In this document: in pieces, positions 52,305 to 62,899 of the stretch
Position numbering within the stretch: position 1 is the stretch's first letter
How the letters are laid out: each line of letters begins with the position of its first letter
Assembly (NCBI GenBank): GCA_039194325.1
Contig: JBCCWC010000003.1
Coordinates: 64,001 to 128,000 of the forward strand
Direction of reading: 5' to 3'
Source of the DNA: Myxococcota bacterium
GTDB taxonomy: Bacteria; Myxococcota_A; Polyangia; Nannocystales; Nannocystaceae
Length of the DNA: 64,000 nucleotides
The notes under the pieces: generated by a model
Told to the model about the DNA's origin: nothing
What the model saw: only the letters and a program-made list of their open reading frames with translations
Databases searched by the model: none
Position numbers and translations under genes: made by a program

Positions 52305-53243
52305 TGTTTCACGTGGAACACTCCTCGAGCGCGCTGACCGGTAGCCCCTCACAACGTGAAACAAGGGGAACGTTTCACGTGAAACACCGAGCGTCCGGAA
52401 CCTCGTGGGACATCGAGACGACGTGTTCCACGTGGAACACGGTAGGACACCTCGCCAAGACGATCTTCGTCGCGCTGCTCAGGGCTGGGATACCGGAAGC
52501 CTCGGTCAGACCGTCGACCGTGCTGGGCGGTGTTTCACGTGGAACATCGAGCACGCTCGATCGACGACGCACGCACATCAGCCCGTTCGGTCATCGGAGC
52601 CTTGCATCACGGGCGCCAGACCGTTCGCCCCAGGAGCAGCCCTGGTCGCTCGCCCCGGGGGACCGGAAATAGTGGTGGTCCACGTGAAACGCCGCCCGGT
52701 GCATTCGACGGTCTGCCCGAGGCTGACAATCGCCGCCAAGGGCAACACCACGTGAAGAACTCCTTGGCTCGAGATGTCCTGGCATGTTCCACGTGAAACA
52801 CCAACCCATAGGCCCCATAATCCGCCCAGAGTCGTCCTTGTCAGGAAGCAGTCGAGGACTTCCAACTGATTGGCGAGTCCCACCGGATTGCAGAGGCGGT
52901 CGGCGAATCAGGCCGCATGCAACGATCCACCACCACCACGGTACCCGGCGCCTGGCGAGGGGCACCGCACTCCCCATAACCATCGCAGCCTTATCCAGAC
53001 TCAACTTGAAATCCCATCACTCCCCACCGAGATCCACGTGTCACGGCACCTGGTTTTTTTTCGGCCACCCTGGTGACCCTTGAATCCACGTGACATAGTA
53101 TGATACCACGTGTTATCTTCACCTGAGATGCCTCTTCGAGCCAGTGTTCGGGTGCGAAGACCGCTCGACTCGATAGAATATAAAACGGTGTTGGATCTCG
53201 TAGCTCTTGCTTGCCTACTACTTTTTTGTTCCACGTGGAAACA
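52305..53243. promoter_or_regulatory. parS centromere array
   Basis: Consensus (T/C)GTT(T/C)CACGTG(G/A)AACA at 52305, 52371, 52424, 52531, 52785; degenerate copies near 52350, 52676, 52745, 53030, 53083, 53103, 53227. Confidence 0.92.
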
Positions 53244-53644
53244 CCCCATCGCGCCCTGATCACCCGCCCTGGACCCATGCCCACCGCGGCCAAACCGAGG
53301 TCCAAAAATGCGGCCCGACGCTGACGTGGCTCCACCAGGATCATCGGACAAGGACGAACGGCCGCGACCACCAATCCCGGCAAGCCGCCCCCGCTTCCCA
53401 CGTCGACCCAGCAACAACCAGCATCGACGGGGGTGACCTGCTCCACGCACGCGACACACTGAAGCCCTTCTTGGACGTGTTCGACCAGAGCCTCACGCTC
53501 GAGCGCGCCTACGAGGTTGATGCTGCGCCCATATTGCTGCCAAAGGCCGATCAAGCGTTCCAGTCGCTCCCACGCGTCGTCGGAGACCGCAAGCCCCACC
53601 GAGTCGGTCCACGCTCGTAGCTGCTCACGCGGCACCCTCGGCAT
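52991..53644 (-). CDS. rsmG: 16S rRNA m7G methyltransferase RsmG (GidB)-like, divergent
   Basis: 'INLVG', 'H', 'VDVGSGGGLPG', 'LVEPRQRRAAFL', 'SRAV'. Confidence 0.75.
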   Translation of the reverse strand: MPRVPREQLRAWTDSVGLAVSDDAWERLERLIGLWQQYGRSINLVGALEREALVEHVQEGLQCVACVEQVTPVDAGCCWVDVGSGGGLPGLVVAAVRPCPMILVEPRQRRAAFLDLGLAAVGMGPGRVIRARWGVSTWNKKVVGKQELRDPTPFYILSSRAVFAPEHWLEEASQVKITRGIILCHVDSRVTRVAEKKPGAVTRGSRWGVMGFQVESG

Positions 53645-53745
53645 CTTGCCACGGCCGGGCCACGGCCGGGCCACGTACGGGTGGATAGGTCCCCGCCCGG
53701 CCCCAACGCCCGACGCCCCATCGCGTTGGTCTATGCTCCCCGGCC

Positions 53746-54984
53746 ATGGACGCCACCCAGCGCGCACGGCAGCGCCTCGCCGAGCTCGAGGCCGACCAGC
53801 TGCTGCGACGCTCGCCCCGGGTCACCGACCGCGAGGGCGTTCGCTATGCCCTCGATGGCCAACCCGTCATCGGGCTGTGCAGCAACGACTACCTCGGCCT
53901 AGCCGACGATCCCCAGCTCACCGCGACGAGCCGGGCCCCCGCCGGAGCCGGAGCATCACGGCTGATCTGCGGCGATCTCCCCGCTCATCGCACGCTCGAG
54001 GCCCGACTCGCGAACCTGACGGGAGCCGACGACGCCGTGCTGTTTCCCAGCGGCTTCCAGCTCAACGTGGGCGTGCTCCCCACGCTACTCGAGCCGGGCG
54101 ACCACGTCGACAGCGATGCCCTCAACCACGCCAGCTTGATCGACGGCATGCGCCTGGCGCCCGTACGTCCCCGCGTCATCGCCCACGGTCGCACACCCGA
54201 GCCGCAACGGCTCGAGGGCTCCGCCATGCACTGGTGGGTCACCGAGTCGATCTTCTCGATGGATGGCGATCGCCTCGACCCCGCGGCCACCCGCCACCAC
54301 CTCAGCGGAGGCCACTCGCTCTACGTCGACGAAGCCCACGCGCTGGGGTTGTTCGACGGGGGCCGGGGCTGGCTGGGTCACCATCGGATCCGGCCGACCG
54401 CGCTCGTCGGCACGCTGAGCAAAGCGTTCGGCTGCGCCGGAGCATTCGTGGCCGCATCCGCGCCGATCTGCGCGCTCATCCGCAACCGAGCACGCAGCTT
54501 CGTCTTTAGCACCGGCATCAGCCCGACCCTCGTCGACCGGATCGACCGAGCCCTAGACCTGGTGACCGGCCCCGAGGGCACGCGCCGGCGCGAGCGACTG
54601 TGGTCCAACGTGCAGCACCTGGCCCGCGCGCTCGGGCTGACCGATCGGCCGCCCTCCCCGATCTTTCCCGTAGTGATCGGGAGCAATCCACTGGCGCTCC
54701 GGCTCGCGGATGCCCTGCTCGAACGCGGGTGGCACGTGCAAGCGATCCGCCCGCCCACGGTGCCCGCGGGTACGGCTCGCCTGCGCCTGACCGTGAGCGC
54801 CGCCCACGAACCCGAGCAGCTCGACGCGTTCGCCCGCGATCTGCTCGCCCTGCTCGGCCGCGAAGATCTCCCCCTCCGCGTCGAGCGAGGTGCCTCGACC
54901 CCGTCCGACGTCCGCCCGATAGACGACCCGCTCCGTCGCCGGACCGAGCGCCATCACCCCGACCTCACCCGTCGCCCGGCATGA
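53746..54984 (+). CDS. bioF: 8-amino-7-oxononanoate synthase
   Basis: 'SNDYLGLA', 'LNHASLIDG', 'ESIFSMDGD', 'VDEAH', 'GTLSKAFG', 'IRPPTVP'. Confidence 0.92.
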   Translation: MDATQRARQRLAELEADQLLRRSPRVTDREGVRYALDGQPVIGLCSNDYLGLADDPQLTATSRAPAGAGASRLICGDLPAHRTLEARLANLTGADDAVLFPSGFQLNVGVLPTLLEPGDHVDSDALNHASLIDGMRLAPVRPRVIAHGRTPEPQRLEGSAMHWWVTESIFSMDGDRLDPAATRHHLSGGHSLYVDEAHALGLFDGGRGWLGHHRIRPTALVGTLSKAFGCAGAFVAASAPICALIRNRARSFVFSTGISPTLVDRIDRALDLVTGPEGTRRRERLWSNVQHLARALGLTDRPPSPIFPVVIGSNPLALRLADALLERGWHVQAIRPPTVPAGTARLRLTVSAAHEPEQLDAFARDLLALLGREDLPLRVERGASTPSDVRPIDDPLRRRTERHHPDLTRRPA

Positions 54985-54991
54985 ACCGGCT

Positions 54992-55705
54992 GTGTCGACC
55001 CGCATCTTCATCGTCGGCACCGACACGGAAGTAGGCAAGACCGCCGTCACCGCGGCGTTGCTGCACACGGCAACCCAGCGGGGAGTCCGTGCGATCCCCT
55101 TCAAGCCGGCCCAGAGCGGTGAGGACACCCCCTCGGACATCGAGCGCCTCCTCGCCGCCGCGGGCCTTCCGAATGACTCGGTCGACTCGGCGTGCCCGCT
55201 TCGCTATGCACCACCGCTGGCCCCCGGCCTCGCCGACGACCCGACCCCCTTCCGCACCGGCAACCCGACGCCCGATCCCACCGTGCTTCACGACGTGAGC
55301 ACGGCCCTCGACCACTGGGAGGCGCAGCACGATCCGGCGCTCACCCTGGTCGAAGGCGCCGGTGGTCTCCACGTGCCGATGCCCGGCGCCACGTGGCAAC
55401 CGGCATGGATCACGGCACTATGCTCGCGCACGCTGGTGGTCGGACGAGCAGGCCTGGGCACGATCAACCACACCCTGGCCACCATCACCGGACTTCGGGA
55501 TCTGGGTCGCCCCCCGCTGGGCTTCGTACTCTCCCTGACCGAACCACGAGCCGATCCCTCGGTACCCGACAACGCCATGGTCATCGCCGCTGCATCCGGG
55601 GTTCCCCACTTGGGCACGCTACCCCATGGCTCCGAGCCGGCATCGACGCCCGATCTACTCGACGCCCTCCTCGCGCGGCTCGATCCACCCGCCCGCCGCC
55701 AATAG
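54992..55705 (+). CDS. bioD: dethiobiotin synthetase
   Basis: 'GTDTEVGKT', 'FKPAQSG', 'VEGAGG', 'GLGTINHT'. Confidence 0.95.
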   Translation: MSTRIFIVGTDTEVGKTAVTAALLHTATQRGVRAIPFKPAQSGEDTPSDIERLLAAAGLPNDSVDSACPLRYAPPLAPGLADDPTPFRTGNPTPDPTVLHDVSTALDHWEAQHDPALTLVEGAGGLHVPMPGATWQPAWITALCSRTLVVGRAGLGTINHTLATITGLRDLGRPPLGFVLSLTEPRADPSVPDNAMVIAAASGVPHLGTLPHGSEPASTPDLLDALLARLDPPARRQ

Positions 55706-55751
55706 TTCCACGGTGACGATCCAGCCACCGCCCACCGCACTTGCCGAGCGG

Positions 55752-57125
55752 TCACTTCCCGATACAGAACCGAGCGAAGATCGCGGCGAGTACGTCCTGC
55801 CCCACTGGACCCAGCGCGCTACGTCCGGTGATCTCCCCCAGCCGCGCTTGGGCTACACCCAAGGCGAAGGCCGCCAGCTCGAGGTACTCGTCGTTGCGAA
55901 GATGACCCCGGGCTTCGTCGATCGCCGCCATCGCTTCGCGCGCACGATCATGATGCCGGGCCAGCCCGATCCATGCCGTGTCCTGCCCGGCGGCGAACCA
56001 CTGAAGCATCGCCTCGCGAACGGCATCCAGACCCCGAGGGGCCGCACCCGGCTCGAGCGATACCCCGATCCACGCCGGGCGCCGGATCCCTCGATCCCGC
56101 TTGCTCTCCACCCGGATCACCGTGGCTGCACGGGCGAGCTCCCGGACTACATCATTGGTCTCGGCCTTGGTCCCAGTCTCAATCTCGGTCCCGACTCCGG
56201 CCGAGTCCGCCGCCTCTACCCACAAGACGACATCGGCGCCTTCGACCTGCGCCCGACTCAGGGCAACCCCGGCTCGCTCCACCGCCTCGGCCCCCTCGCG
56301 CAAGCCTGCGGTGTCTACCAGGGTGGATCCGTAGCGCCCAAGCTCCAGCTCCGCCTCCACGTAGTCGCGGGTCGTCCCCGGCTGATCCGCGACGAGGGCC
56401 CGGTCTCGCCCTAGCAGCGCGTTGAACAGGGAGCTCTTGCCCGCATTGGGCGGACCGGCCAACACCACGCGAGCCCGAGCTCTCGCCCGACGTCCCGCCT
56501 CGAAGCGGGCCAGCCAGCGCTCGACCGCGGCGTGCCGCTGCGTCACCTCCTGCCGCCACCGGGCGACATCGGCCGGGTCGACGTCCTCGGGGAAGTCGAG
56601 GTTGGCTTCGATCTCCGCGCGAAGCTCCAGCAGCGCTCGTCGTTCGCTCTGCACCTGTCGACCGAGCTCGCCAGCCGCGAGCCGCCGCGCCTGACCGAGC
56701 GCCGCGTCGGTCTGCGCCCCGATCACCGCAGCGATCCCCTCGGCCTGGTCGAGGCTCAGCCGCCCTAGCTCGAACGCCCGGCGCGAGAAATCCCCGGGCC
56801 CCGCGGCGGTCCCCCCCCGCGACAGGAGCGTGCGGACCACGGCGTCTACGTTGCGTGCACCGGCGTGTACGTGCAGCTCGACCACGTCCTCGCCGGTGAA
56901 CGAGCGCGGCCCTGGCATGAGCACCACCAGCCCGTCCTCCGCCTCCCCGTCGCCGAGATCGATCCGCCGCCGCACCAACCGTCGATCCTCCGGCAGCGTC
57001 TGGACGACCCCTCCTACGATCGCGCGCGCTCGCGGTCCGCTGACTCGCACGACCGCCACGCCCCCATCGGGTTGCCCGCTGGCCACGCCCACCAGCGTCG
57101 GTCGTTGCTCCGGGTCGTCGCTCAT
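55752..57125 (-). CDS. mnmE: tRNA modification GTPase
   Basis: 'PRSFTGEDVVE', 'GPPNAGKSS', 'GTTRD', 'DTAGLR', terminal FCIGK. Confidence 0.96.
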   Translation of the reverse strand: MSDDPEQRPTLVGVASGQPDGGVAVVRVSGPRARAIVGGVVQTLPEDRRLVRRRIDLGDGEAEDGLVVLMPGPRSFTGEDVVELHVHAGARNVDAVVRTLLSRGGTAAGPGDFSRRAFELGRLSLDQAEGIAAVIGAQTDAALGQARRLAAGELGRQVQSERRALLELRAEIEANLDFPEDVDPADVARWRQEVTQRHAAVERWLARFEAGRRARARARVVLAGPPNAGKSSLFNALLGRDRALVADQPGTTRDYVEAELELGRYGSTLVDTAGLREGAEAVERAGVALSRAQVEGADVVLWVEAADSAGVGTEIETGTKAETNDVVRELARAATVIRVESKRDRGIRRPAWIGVSLEPGAAPRGLDAVREAMLQWFAAGQDTAWIGLARHHDRAREAMAAIDEARGHLRNDEYLELAAFALGVAQARLGEITGRSALGPVGQDVLAAIFARFCIGK

Positions 57126-57254
57126 CCGTCTCGCTCCGTGCTCAACCAACGCCAAGGGCGTCGAGTCCTCGACCCGACGCCCCCCGCTTCGGTCCGCGCG
57201 CTAGCAATTGCAACCCGCCCCGTCTTTGCCCCTCCTGAGCCTTACAGGGCAAGA

Positions 57255-57412
57255 CCGAGGCCGGGCGCGACGCAGTCGCGCATCCCCAGCCGGCCTCGGC
57301 ATAGATACACGAGGCCGGGCGCGACGCAGTCGCGCATCCCCCAGCCGGCCTCGGCATAGATACACGAGGCCGGGCGCGACGTAGTCGCGCATCCCCAGCC
57401 GGCCTCGGCATA
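57255..57412. repeat. three tandem ~55-bp REP-like palindromic repeats
   Basis: Unit CGAGGCCGG-GCGCGAC-gca-GTCGCGC-atcccca-GCCGGCCTCG-gcatagataca at 57256, 57310, 57365. Confidence 0.88.
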
Positions 57413-57417
57413 AACAA

Positions 57418-57957
57418 TCAGCCCTTGGATCGGCGCTCGGGAAACACGACTACGTGTCGCTTGCGACCCTCGCCCTCGGACTCGGTGGCGAGGCCATCGA
57501 TGTCGGCAATGGTCATGTGCACGACCCGTCGCTCCATCGCGCTCATCGGCTCGAAGTGATAGGCCCGACGGTTGTCGAGCACCTTGGACGCCACGCTCTG
57601 CGCGAGCTGTCGCAGGGTCTTCTCGCGCCGGGTGCGATATCCCGCCACGTCGAGGGTGATCCGCATGCGCGGATGACCTTCGGCCTGCAGCACCCGCAAC
57701 GTCAGATACTGAAGAGCATCGAGGGTCGCCCCGTGCCGACCGATGAGCAGCCCCCCATCGTCAGGCGAGCAGTTGAGGTCGCAGTGCAACCCGTCATCCT
57801 CGATGTCGATGTCGACCTCGACCTCGACCCCCAACAGACCCAGCACGGTCTCGAGGAAGGTGCGCACGACCGGAACGCTCTCGCCAAAGCGTTCTTCGGC
57901 CGGGGCCCTCGCGTCCGCCATCGATGGTGTTCCGTCGCCGCCCTTCGCATCCGTCAT
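57418..57957 (-). CDS. jag: Jag/EloR/KhpB RNA-binding protein (KH + R3H)
   Basis: 'LLIGRHGATLDALQYL', 'ERRVVH', 'SEGEG..RHVV'. Confidence 0.92.
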   Translation of the reverse strand: MTDAKGGDGTPSMADARAPAEERFGESVPVVRTFLETVLGLLGVEVEVDIDIEDDGLHCDLNCSPDDGGLLIGRHGATLDALQYLTLRVLQAEGHPRMRITLDVAGYRTRREKTLRQLAQSVASKVLDNRRAYHFEPMSAMERRVVHMTIADIDGLATESEGEGRKRHVVVFPERRSKG

Positions 57958-57989
57958 GCGCGTCGCTCCTGCTCTTGGTGCCGGCCGCG

Positions 57990-59648
57990 TCAGGTGGCGG
58001 CGGCTTCGGTCTGCTTGTTGGTGCCGACCTGGATGGCCGTTTGGATCAAGGACAGCACGATATTCGCGAAGATATAGAGCCCCAGGCCGGAAGGCAAAAA
58101 CAACATGAACACCGTAAACATGATGGGCATGACCCAGCGCATGATCTTGGCCTGGGCCGCGTCCATGGTGCTGGGCATCATCCGGTTTTGGAGGACCATC
58201 AGCGCTCCCAGCGCAAGGGGCAGGATGTAGAAGGGATCCTGCTCGGTCAGATCGGGAAGCCACAAGAACGGCACGTGGACCAGCTCCACCGCGGCGCCCA
58301 GCATGGAGTAGAGCGCAAACCAGATCGGCAGCTGCACGAGCATGGGGAAGCACCCCGCCAGCGGGTTGACCCCGGAGCGAGCAAACAGCGCCTGCATCTC
58401 CTGGCCCTGCTTGACCCGGTCGTCGCCGTACTTCTCCTTGATCTTGTTCATCTCCGGCTGGATCTCCTTCATCCGCTTCATGGAGCTCATCTGCTTGAGC
58501 GTCAGCGGGAGGGTGGCCGCTTTGATCATCACGGTCAGCAAGACGATCGATACGCCCCAGTTGCCGACCAAACCGTGCAACCAGCGCAGCAGCGACAGCA
58601 GCATCTTGCCGAGCCACTCGGAGACCCCGCCGAAGAAGCCCCAGTCGATCGCCTCCTCGAGCTGGACCGCCGCGTCGACCCCGGAGAAGGCCTGCAGGCG
58701 CTCGAGCTCTTTGGGCCCGATGTAAAGGCCGAACACGTGCGTGCTCGCACGACCCGGCTCGAGCTCGACGGGCACGGTTCCCAGCCGGGTCTCCACAGCC
58801 GACTCGTCCTCGGCCAGCGAGACCTCGCAGTCCTGGGCCTCCTGCTGGGGCACCATCAGGGTGGTGAAGTACTTGCCGTCGACCCCGGCCCACTGGATCT
58901 GGCCGGCATGACGCACTGGCCCATCGTCGACATCGGACTGATCCTCGTCCTCTACGTCCTCGGCAGTTCGGCAAAGACCTCGCCGTATGTCGTAGCGGGA
59001 ATCGCTCTTGCCGATCCGCGCCCGCAGGTTTAGCCGCTCCTCGAGCGGAGTGGTACCGCGGTTGCGGACCTCGACCTCGAGCCGGGCCTGATAGCCCTCG
59101 AGCAGCTCGAAGCGCTCGATCACCTCGACCCGCGATCCCTTATAGGCCAGCGTCACCCGACGGTCGGAGACTTCGCTTACCTCGTAGGCAGCCCCGCGTG
59201 GGACCAGCAGGTTGCCGTCCTCGTCGGACACGCTGATCTCGAGCGTGCGCTTGCCGGTCAGACCGTAGGCGTCGGTAGCCGTGGTGTGACCCTCGAACTG
59301 CGGAGACAGCAGATGCACCCCGGAGACCAAGCCCCCGCGCCCGGGCGACTTGTTGGTCATCATGACCGCGAGCAGGTCATTGCGAACCTCGTGCTCGACG
59401 GTCTCGACCTCGGGAGCCGTCGGCTCGACCATGGGCTCCGATGAAGCCTTCGGGTCGGCCGCGCCCGCCTTGCCTTCGACCCCCTCGCCGGGCGCCTTGC
59501 CCTCGAACTCGGCCACCTTGCCCTCCGCGTCCGCGATGGCGTCGGACGAGGCTTCCTCGGGCGGCGGCTTGGGATTGAGGGCATCGAAGACGATGAAGAT
59601 GACGGCGCATAGCGCCACGGCCACGAAGATTCGCGTCTGGAAGTTCAC
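57990..59648 (-). CDS. yidC: membrane protein insertase
   Basis: 'YIGPK', '[11 protein letters not shown]', '[15 protein letters not shown]', 'LPSGLGLY'. Confidence 0.96.
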   Translation of the reverse strand: MNFQTRIFVAVALCAVIFIVFDALNPKPPPEEASSDAIADAEGKVAEFEGKAPGEGVEGKAGAADPKASSEPMVEPTAPEVETVEHEVRNDLLAVMMTNKSPGRGGLVSGVHLLSPQFEGHTTATDAYGLTGKRTLEISVSDEDGNLLVPRGAAYEVSEVSDRRVTLAYKGSRVEVIERFELLEGYQARLEVEVRNRGTTPLEERLNLRARIGKSDSRYDIRRGLCRTAEDVEDEDQSDVDDGPVRHAGQIQWAGVDGKYFTTLMVPQQEAQDCEVSLAEDESAVETRLGTVPVELEPGRASTHVFGLYIGPKELERLQAFSGVDAAVQLEEAIDWGFFGGVSEWLGKMLLSLLRWLHGLVGNWGVSIVLLTVMIKAATLPLTLKQMSSMKRMKEIQPEMNKIKEKYGDDRVKQGQEMQALFARSGVNPLAGCFPMLVQLPIWFALYSMLGAAVELVHVPFLWLPDLTEQDPFYILPLALGALMVLQNRMMPSTMDAAQAKIMRWVMPIMFTVFMLFLPSGLGLYIFANIVLSLIQTAIQVGTNKQTEAAAT

Positions 59649-59923
59649 GGTGTTGCGCTCTGTTCGGGCCGGTCCTCCGGCCGCGGATCCGCCTCGGCCA
59701 GCGGTTCGGGCACAGGATCGAACCCCCCGGGATGGAAGGGGTGGCAGCGCAGCAAACGCCGCGCCGCGAGCCAGCTGCCCCGCGCCGCGCCGTGCATACG
59801 CACCGCGTCCGCGGCATAGCACGAGCAGCTCGGGTAGAAACGACAGCGAGGGCCGAGCATCGGCGACACGTACCGCCGGTATACGGCAATCATGCCAACC
59901 AAGAGGCGAGCCACGATGCTCAT
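59645..59923 (-). CDS. yidD: membrane protein insertion efficiency factor
   Basis: '[10 protein letters not shown]', '[14 protein letters not shown]'. Confidence 0.95.
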   Translation of the reverse strand: MSIVARLLVGMIAVYRRYVSPMLGPRCRFYPSCSCYAADAVRMHGAARGSWLAARRLLRCHPFHPGGFDPVPEPLAEADPRPEDRPEQSATP

Positions 59924-60354
59924 CGCGACCTCGAACTCCGGCCCGGGCTCCGACCCGAACCTCGACCCGACCCCCGAACCAGCCGAGCCGCCATGGCCCG
60001 TATGTCTTCGACAGCGGCTTCGTAGGTCAGGCTCGCCGCGTCTCGCTTGGCGACCCACACCATGTCGAGACCCTCAGGCAACGCCCGGCGCTCCCGACGA
60101 AACGCCTCACGGATCAACCGTTTGATGCGATTGCGCGTCACCGCTTTGCCGACCTTGCGAGTAACGGTGACTCCCAGCCGCGTCCCCGGCAACCGCGAGT
60201 GATCCTCTTGCTGATGCCGACCCCCAAACAGACCACCAGGAGCTACAAACACCAGGAAATACCGCGTGTGGTGCTTGTGACCGCCACGCTGAACACGAAG
60301 GAACTCCCGCCGCCGCCGGAGCCGAAGGCGCCGCGGGAATCCTTCCGGTTTCAT
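59920..60354 (-). CDS. rnpA: ribonuclease P protein component
   Basis: '[28 protein letters not shown]'. Confidence 0.95.
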   Translation of the reverse strand: MKPEGFPRRLRLRRRREFLRVQRGGHKHHTRYFLVFVAPGGLFGGRHQQEDHSRLPGTRLGVTVTRKVGKAVTRNRIKRLIREAFRRERRALPEGLDMVWVAKRDAASLTYEAAVEDIRAMAARLVRGSGRGSGRSPGRSSRSR

Positions 60355-60503
60355 TACTTATGCCCGGTCGTGACCGACAGGCGCTTGCGACCGCGTCGGC
60401 GACGAGCGGCCAGGATCTTGCGACCATGTCGCGTCGCCATGCGCGCGCGGAAGCCATGGGTACGCTTGCGGCGGGTTCCGTGGGGTTGATAGGTCCGTTT
60501 CAC
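60354..60503 (-). CDS. rpmH: 50S ribosomal protein L34
   Basis: 'KRTYQP...[31 protein letters not shown]'. Confidence 0.97.
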   Translation of the reverse strand: MKRTYQPHGTRRKRTHGFRARMATRHGRKILAARRRRGRKRLSVTTGHK

Positions 60504-61314
60504 GACAGAGCTCCTCACCAAACGGCGGGATCCCGCCGAATTCCGGGTGCACCAGAGGATTACCCCCTGTCCGGGCGCGGATCGATAGCAGCGGCCTCCT
60601 ACCCTGTCAAACCGAAGGACGCGTCGCCGTGGAACCCTCACAGACCTCAGCTGCTAGGGCAAGGCAGGCATCACCTGAATCGACGTGCGGTAGAGATCTC
60701 CTGCTCCGCGCCCACCTCGAAAAAAATTCGGCCGCGATTCCCGTCCCGCATCGATACCATCGGTACTTTCGGACCGTGCGGATCCGCCGATCGATCCGGC
60801 CCCGCGTCACAGTTTTGCCACACGCTGGTCTCTGGGGCGGTGTTCGACCCGGATCCGATCCCGCGTCCGCCCGCGCGAACACGCCCGAAGGTGAGCGGTT
60901 GGCATGCACTTGATCGACACCGAATCGAAACCTCGGACACATCCGCAAACCCGCTTGCCAAGCCGACTTGCGAGCCCGGCGCAACGGAAAGTCGCTTGAG
61001 ACGAAGACAGTACGAAACAGCTCTGATCGCGCTTTTGAATTCGTCAACGATCTCCATAGGATTCAGAAAACCGGCCTTTGGGCTGGCAATTGGAGATCGA
61101 CCGGCGCTAGTTCCGCATGATCGAAGAATCTAGCAATTCCAGAGCATTGAATCCCTGCGGAGACCGCGGGCTTGCGACCCTGGGGGAGACGGCAGTAGAA
61201 GCCTCCCCCCTGGTCGCGGGCCCACCCGTCGTTCGCCCGCGGCCGCCACAATCCACTCTCGTGATCTCCGCAGGTGGAAGCCCTCGGCTTCCCGGCTGGC
61301 CACACCCACCAGCC

Positions 61315-61403
61315 TGTGGACAGTCTTCTTTTGTCCTCAGGATTTCACGAATGTTTTCGAGCACTTCCACATTTATCCACAGGTTTGGCTCATCTGTGGA
61401 TGC
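61315..61403. promoter_or_regulatory. DnaA boxes upstream of dnaA
   Basis: Perfect TTATCCACA 61373-61381; near-matches at 61315, 61363, 61395. Confidence 0.8.
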
Positions 61404-61410
61404 GAGGGCT

Positions 61411-62784
61411 ATGACGGACATCTGGACCGAGGCATTGCGCGGGCTGCAACCCCGATTGGGGCGAGAGACCTACGATCTGTGGCTCCGACCGCTGGAGCTG
61501 CTGGATGCCGACGAGTCCCGGGTCCGCCTTCGAGCGCCCAGCCAGTTCATGAAGGAGTGGTTCGAGAACCACTACAAGGCGGCGGTCCTCGAGCAGATGC
61601 GCAGCCGAGGACGAACGCCACCGGTCATCGAGATCGAGGTGGCGACCGAGCCCCTGCCATCGGCGTCGGATCCCGAGCCACGAGCCACGCCGCCCGTCTC
61701 CTCCAACACAGCGCCTTCCCCGCCGTCACCATCTTCGGCTCCGGCCCCGACGGGTCTGGCCGATCGCTATCGCTTCGACACGTTCATCACCGGAGCCAGT
61801 AACGAGCTGGCGGCCTCGGCGGCCGCGGCCGTCGCCGAGGAACCGGGCCAGCGATTCAACCCGTTGCTCCTCTACGGCGGGGTGGGGCTGGGCAAGACCC
61901 ACCTGTTGCACGCGGTGGGTCACGCGATCCACGAAAACCATCCTCACCTGCGGATCGTCTATCTGAGCGCCGAGCGCTTTATGAACGAGTTCATCTCGGC
62001 GGTGCGATACAACCAGTTCGACGAGTTCCGCCAGCGCTATCGCGAAGACTGCGACGTCTTGTTGATCGACGACATCCAGTTCATCGCGGGACGCGACCGC
62101 ACGATGGACGAGTTCTTCCACGTGTTCAACGCGCTGTACGAGGCAGGCAAGCAGATCATGGTCACGGCTGATCGCACGCCCTCGGACATGCAGGGCATGG
62201 AGGAGCGGCTGACCTCGCGACTCAACTGGGGCCTGGTCGCCGACGTCAAGGCGCCCGACCTCGAGACCCGCGTGGCGATCTTGCGCCAGAAGGCCGAGCA
62301 AGACCGGATCGGCATTCCCGACGACGTCTGCGTGTACCTGGCCACCCTGGTGCGATCCAACGTGCGCGAGCTCGAGGGGGCCCTGGTGCGCGTCTCTACC
62401 TTCGCGGCGCTCAAGGGCAAGCCGATCACCGAGGCCTTCGTCCGCGAGGTGCTCGGCGACCCCGAGCGAGACGAGCGTCGCAGCGCACCGGTCACCGTGG
62501 AATCCGTGCTCAAGGTGGTCGCCCAGTATTTCTCGGTCCGGATCTCCGACATCAAGGGCCCCCGCCGCCACAAGGGCATCGCCCGGCCTCGCATGATCGC
62601 GATGTACCTCAGCCGTGAGCTCACCGGCTCGAGCTTCCCGGAGATCGGGCTTCGCTTCGGCGGCAAGGATCACTCCACCGTCATCAACGCCTGCAAGCGG
62701 ATGACCGCGATCCAGCAGAGCGAACACGAGCTGCGGGCCACGATCTCCCAGCTGCGAGCCCAGCTGACCGGCCACCCTCGCTGA
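61411..62784 (+). CDS. dnaA: chromosomal replication initiator
   Basis: 'NPLLLYGGVGLGKTHL', 'LLIDDIQF', 'SNVRELEGAL', 'FGGKDHSTV'. Confidence 0.98.
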   Translation: MTDIWTEALRGLQPRLGRETYDLWLRPLELLDADESRVRLRAPSQFMKEWFENHYKAAVLEQMRSRGRTPPVIEIEVATEPLPSASDPEPRATPPVSSNTAPSPPSPSSAPAPTGLADRYRFDTFITGASNELAASAAAAVAEEPGQRFNPLLLYGGVGLGKTHLLHAVGHAIHENHPHLRIVYLSAERFMNEFISAVRYNQFDEFRQRYREDCDVLLIDDIQFIAGRDRTMDEFFHVFNALYEAGKQIMVTADRTPSDMQGMEERLTSRLNWGLVADVKAPDLETRVAILRQKAEQDRIGIPDDVCVYLATLVRSNVRELEGALVRVSTFAALKGKPITEAFVREVLGDPERDERRSAPVTVESVLKVVAQYFSVRISDIKGPRRHKGIARPRMIAMYLSRELTGSSFPEIGLRFGGKDHSTVINACKRMTAIQQSEHELRATISQLRAQLTGHPR

Positions 62785-62899
62785 CGGCTCTGGCATCACC
62801 GGCTCTGGCATCACCGGCTCTGGCGCCGGCACCGGGAAAAACCCCGGCAACGATCTCGACTCGGGCCTCCCATTTTCGGTGCGGAGGGTCGAGCGCTGG

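Noticed and set aside
52305..52800. Regularly recurring 16-bp palindromes as a CRISPR or novel repeat array
   Set aside because: They match the established parS consensus, are irregularly spaced and lie near oriC
57255..57412. Possible CRISPR array
   Set aside because: The linkers between units are essentially identical (no unique spacers), there are only three units, and no cas genes are in the window
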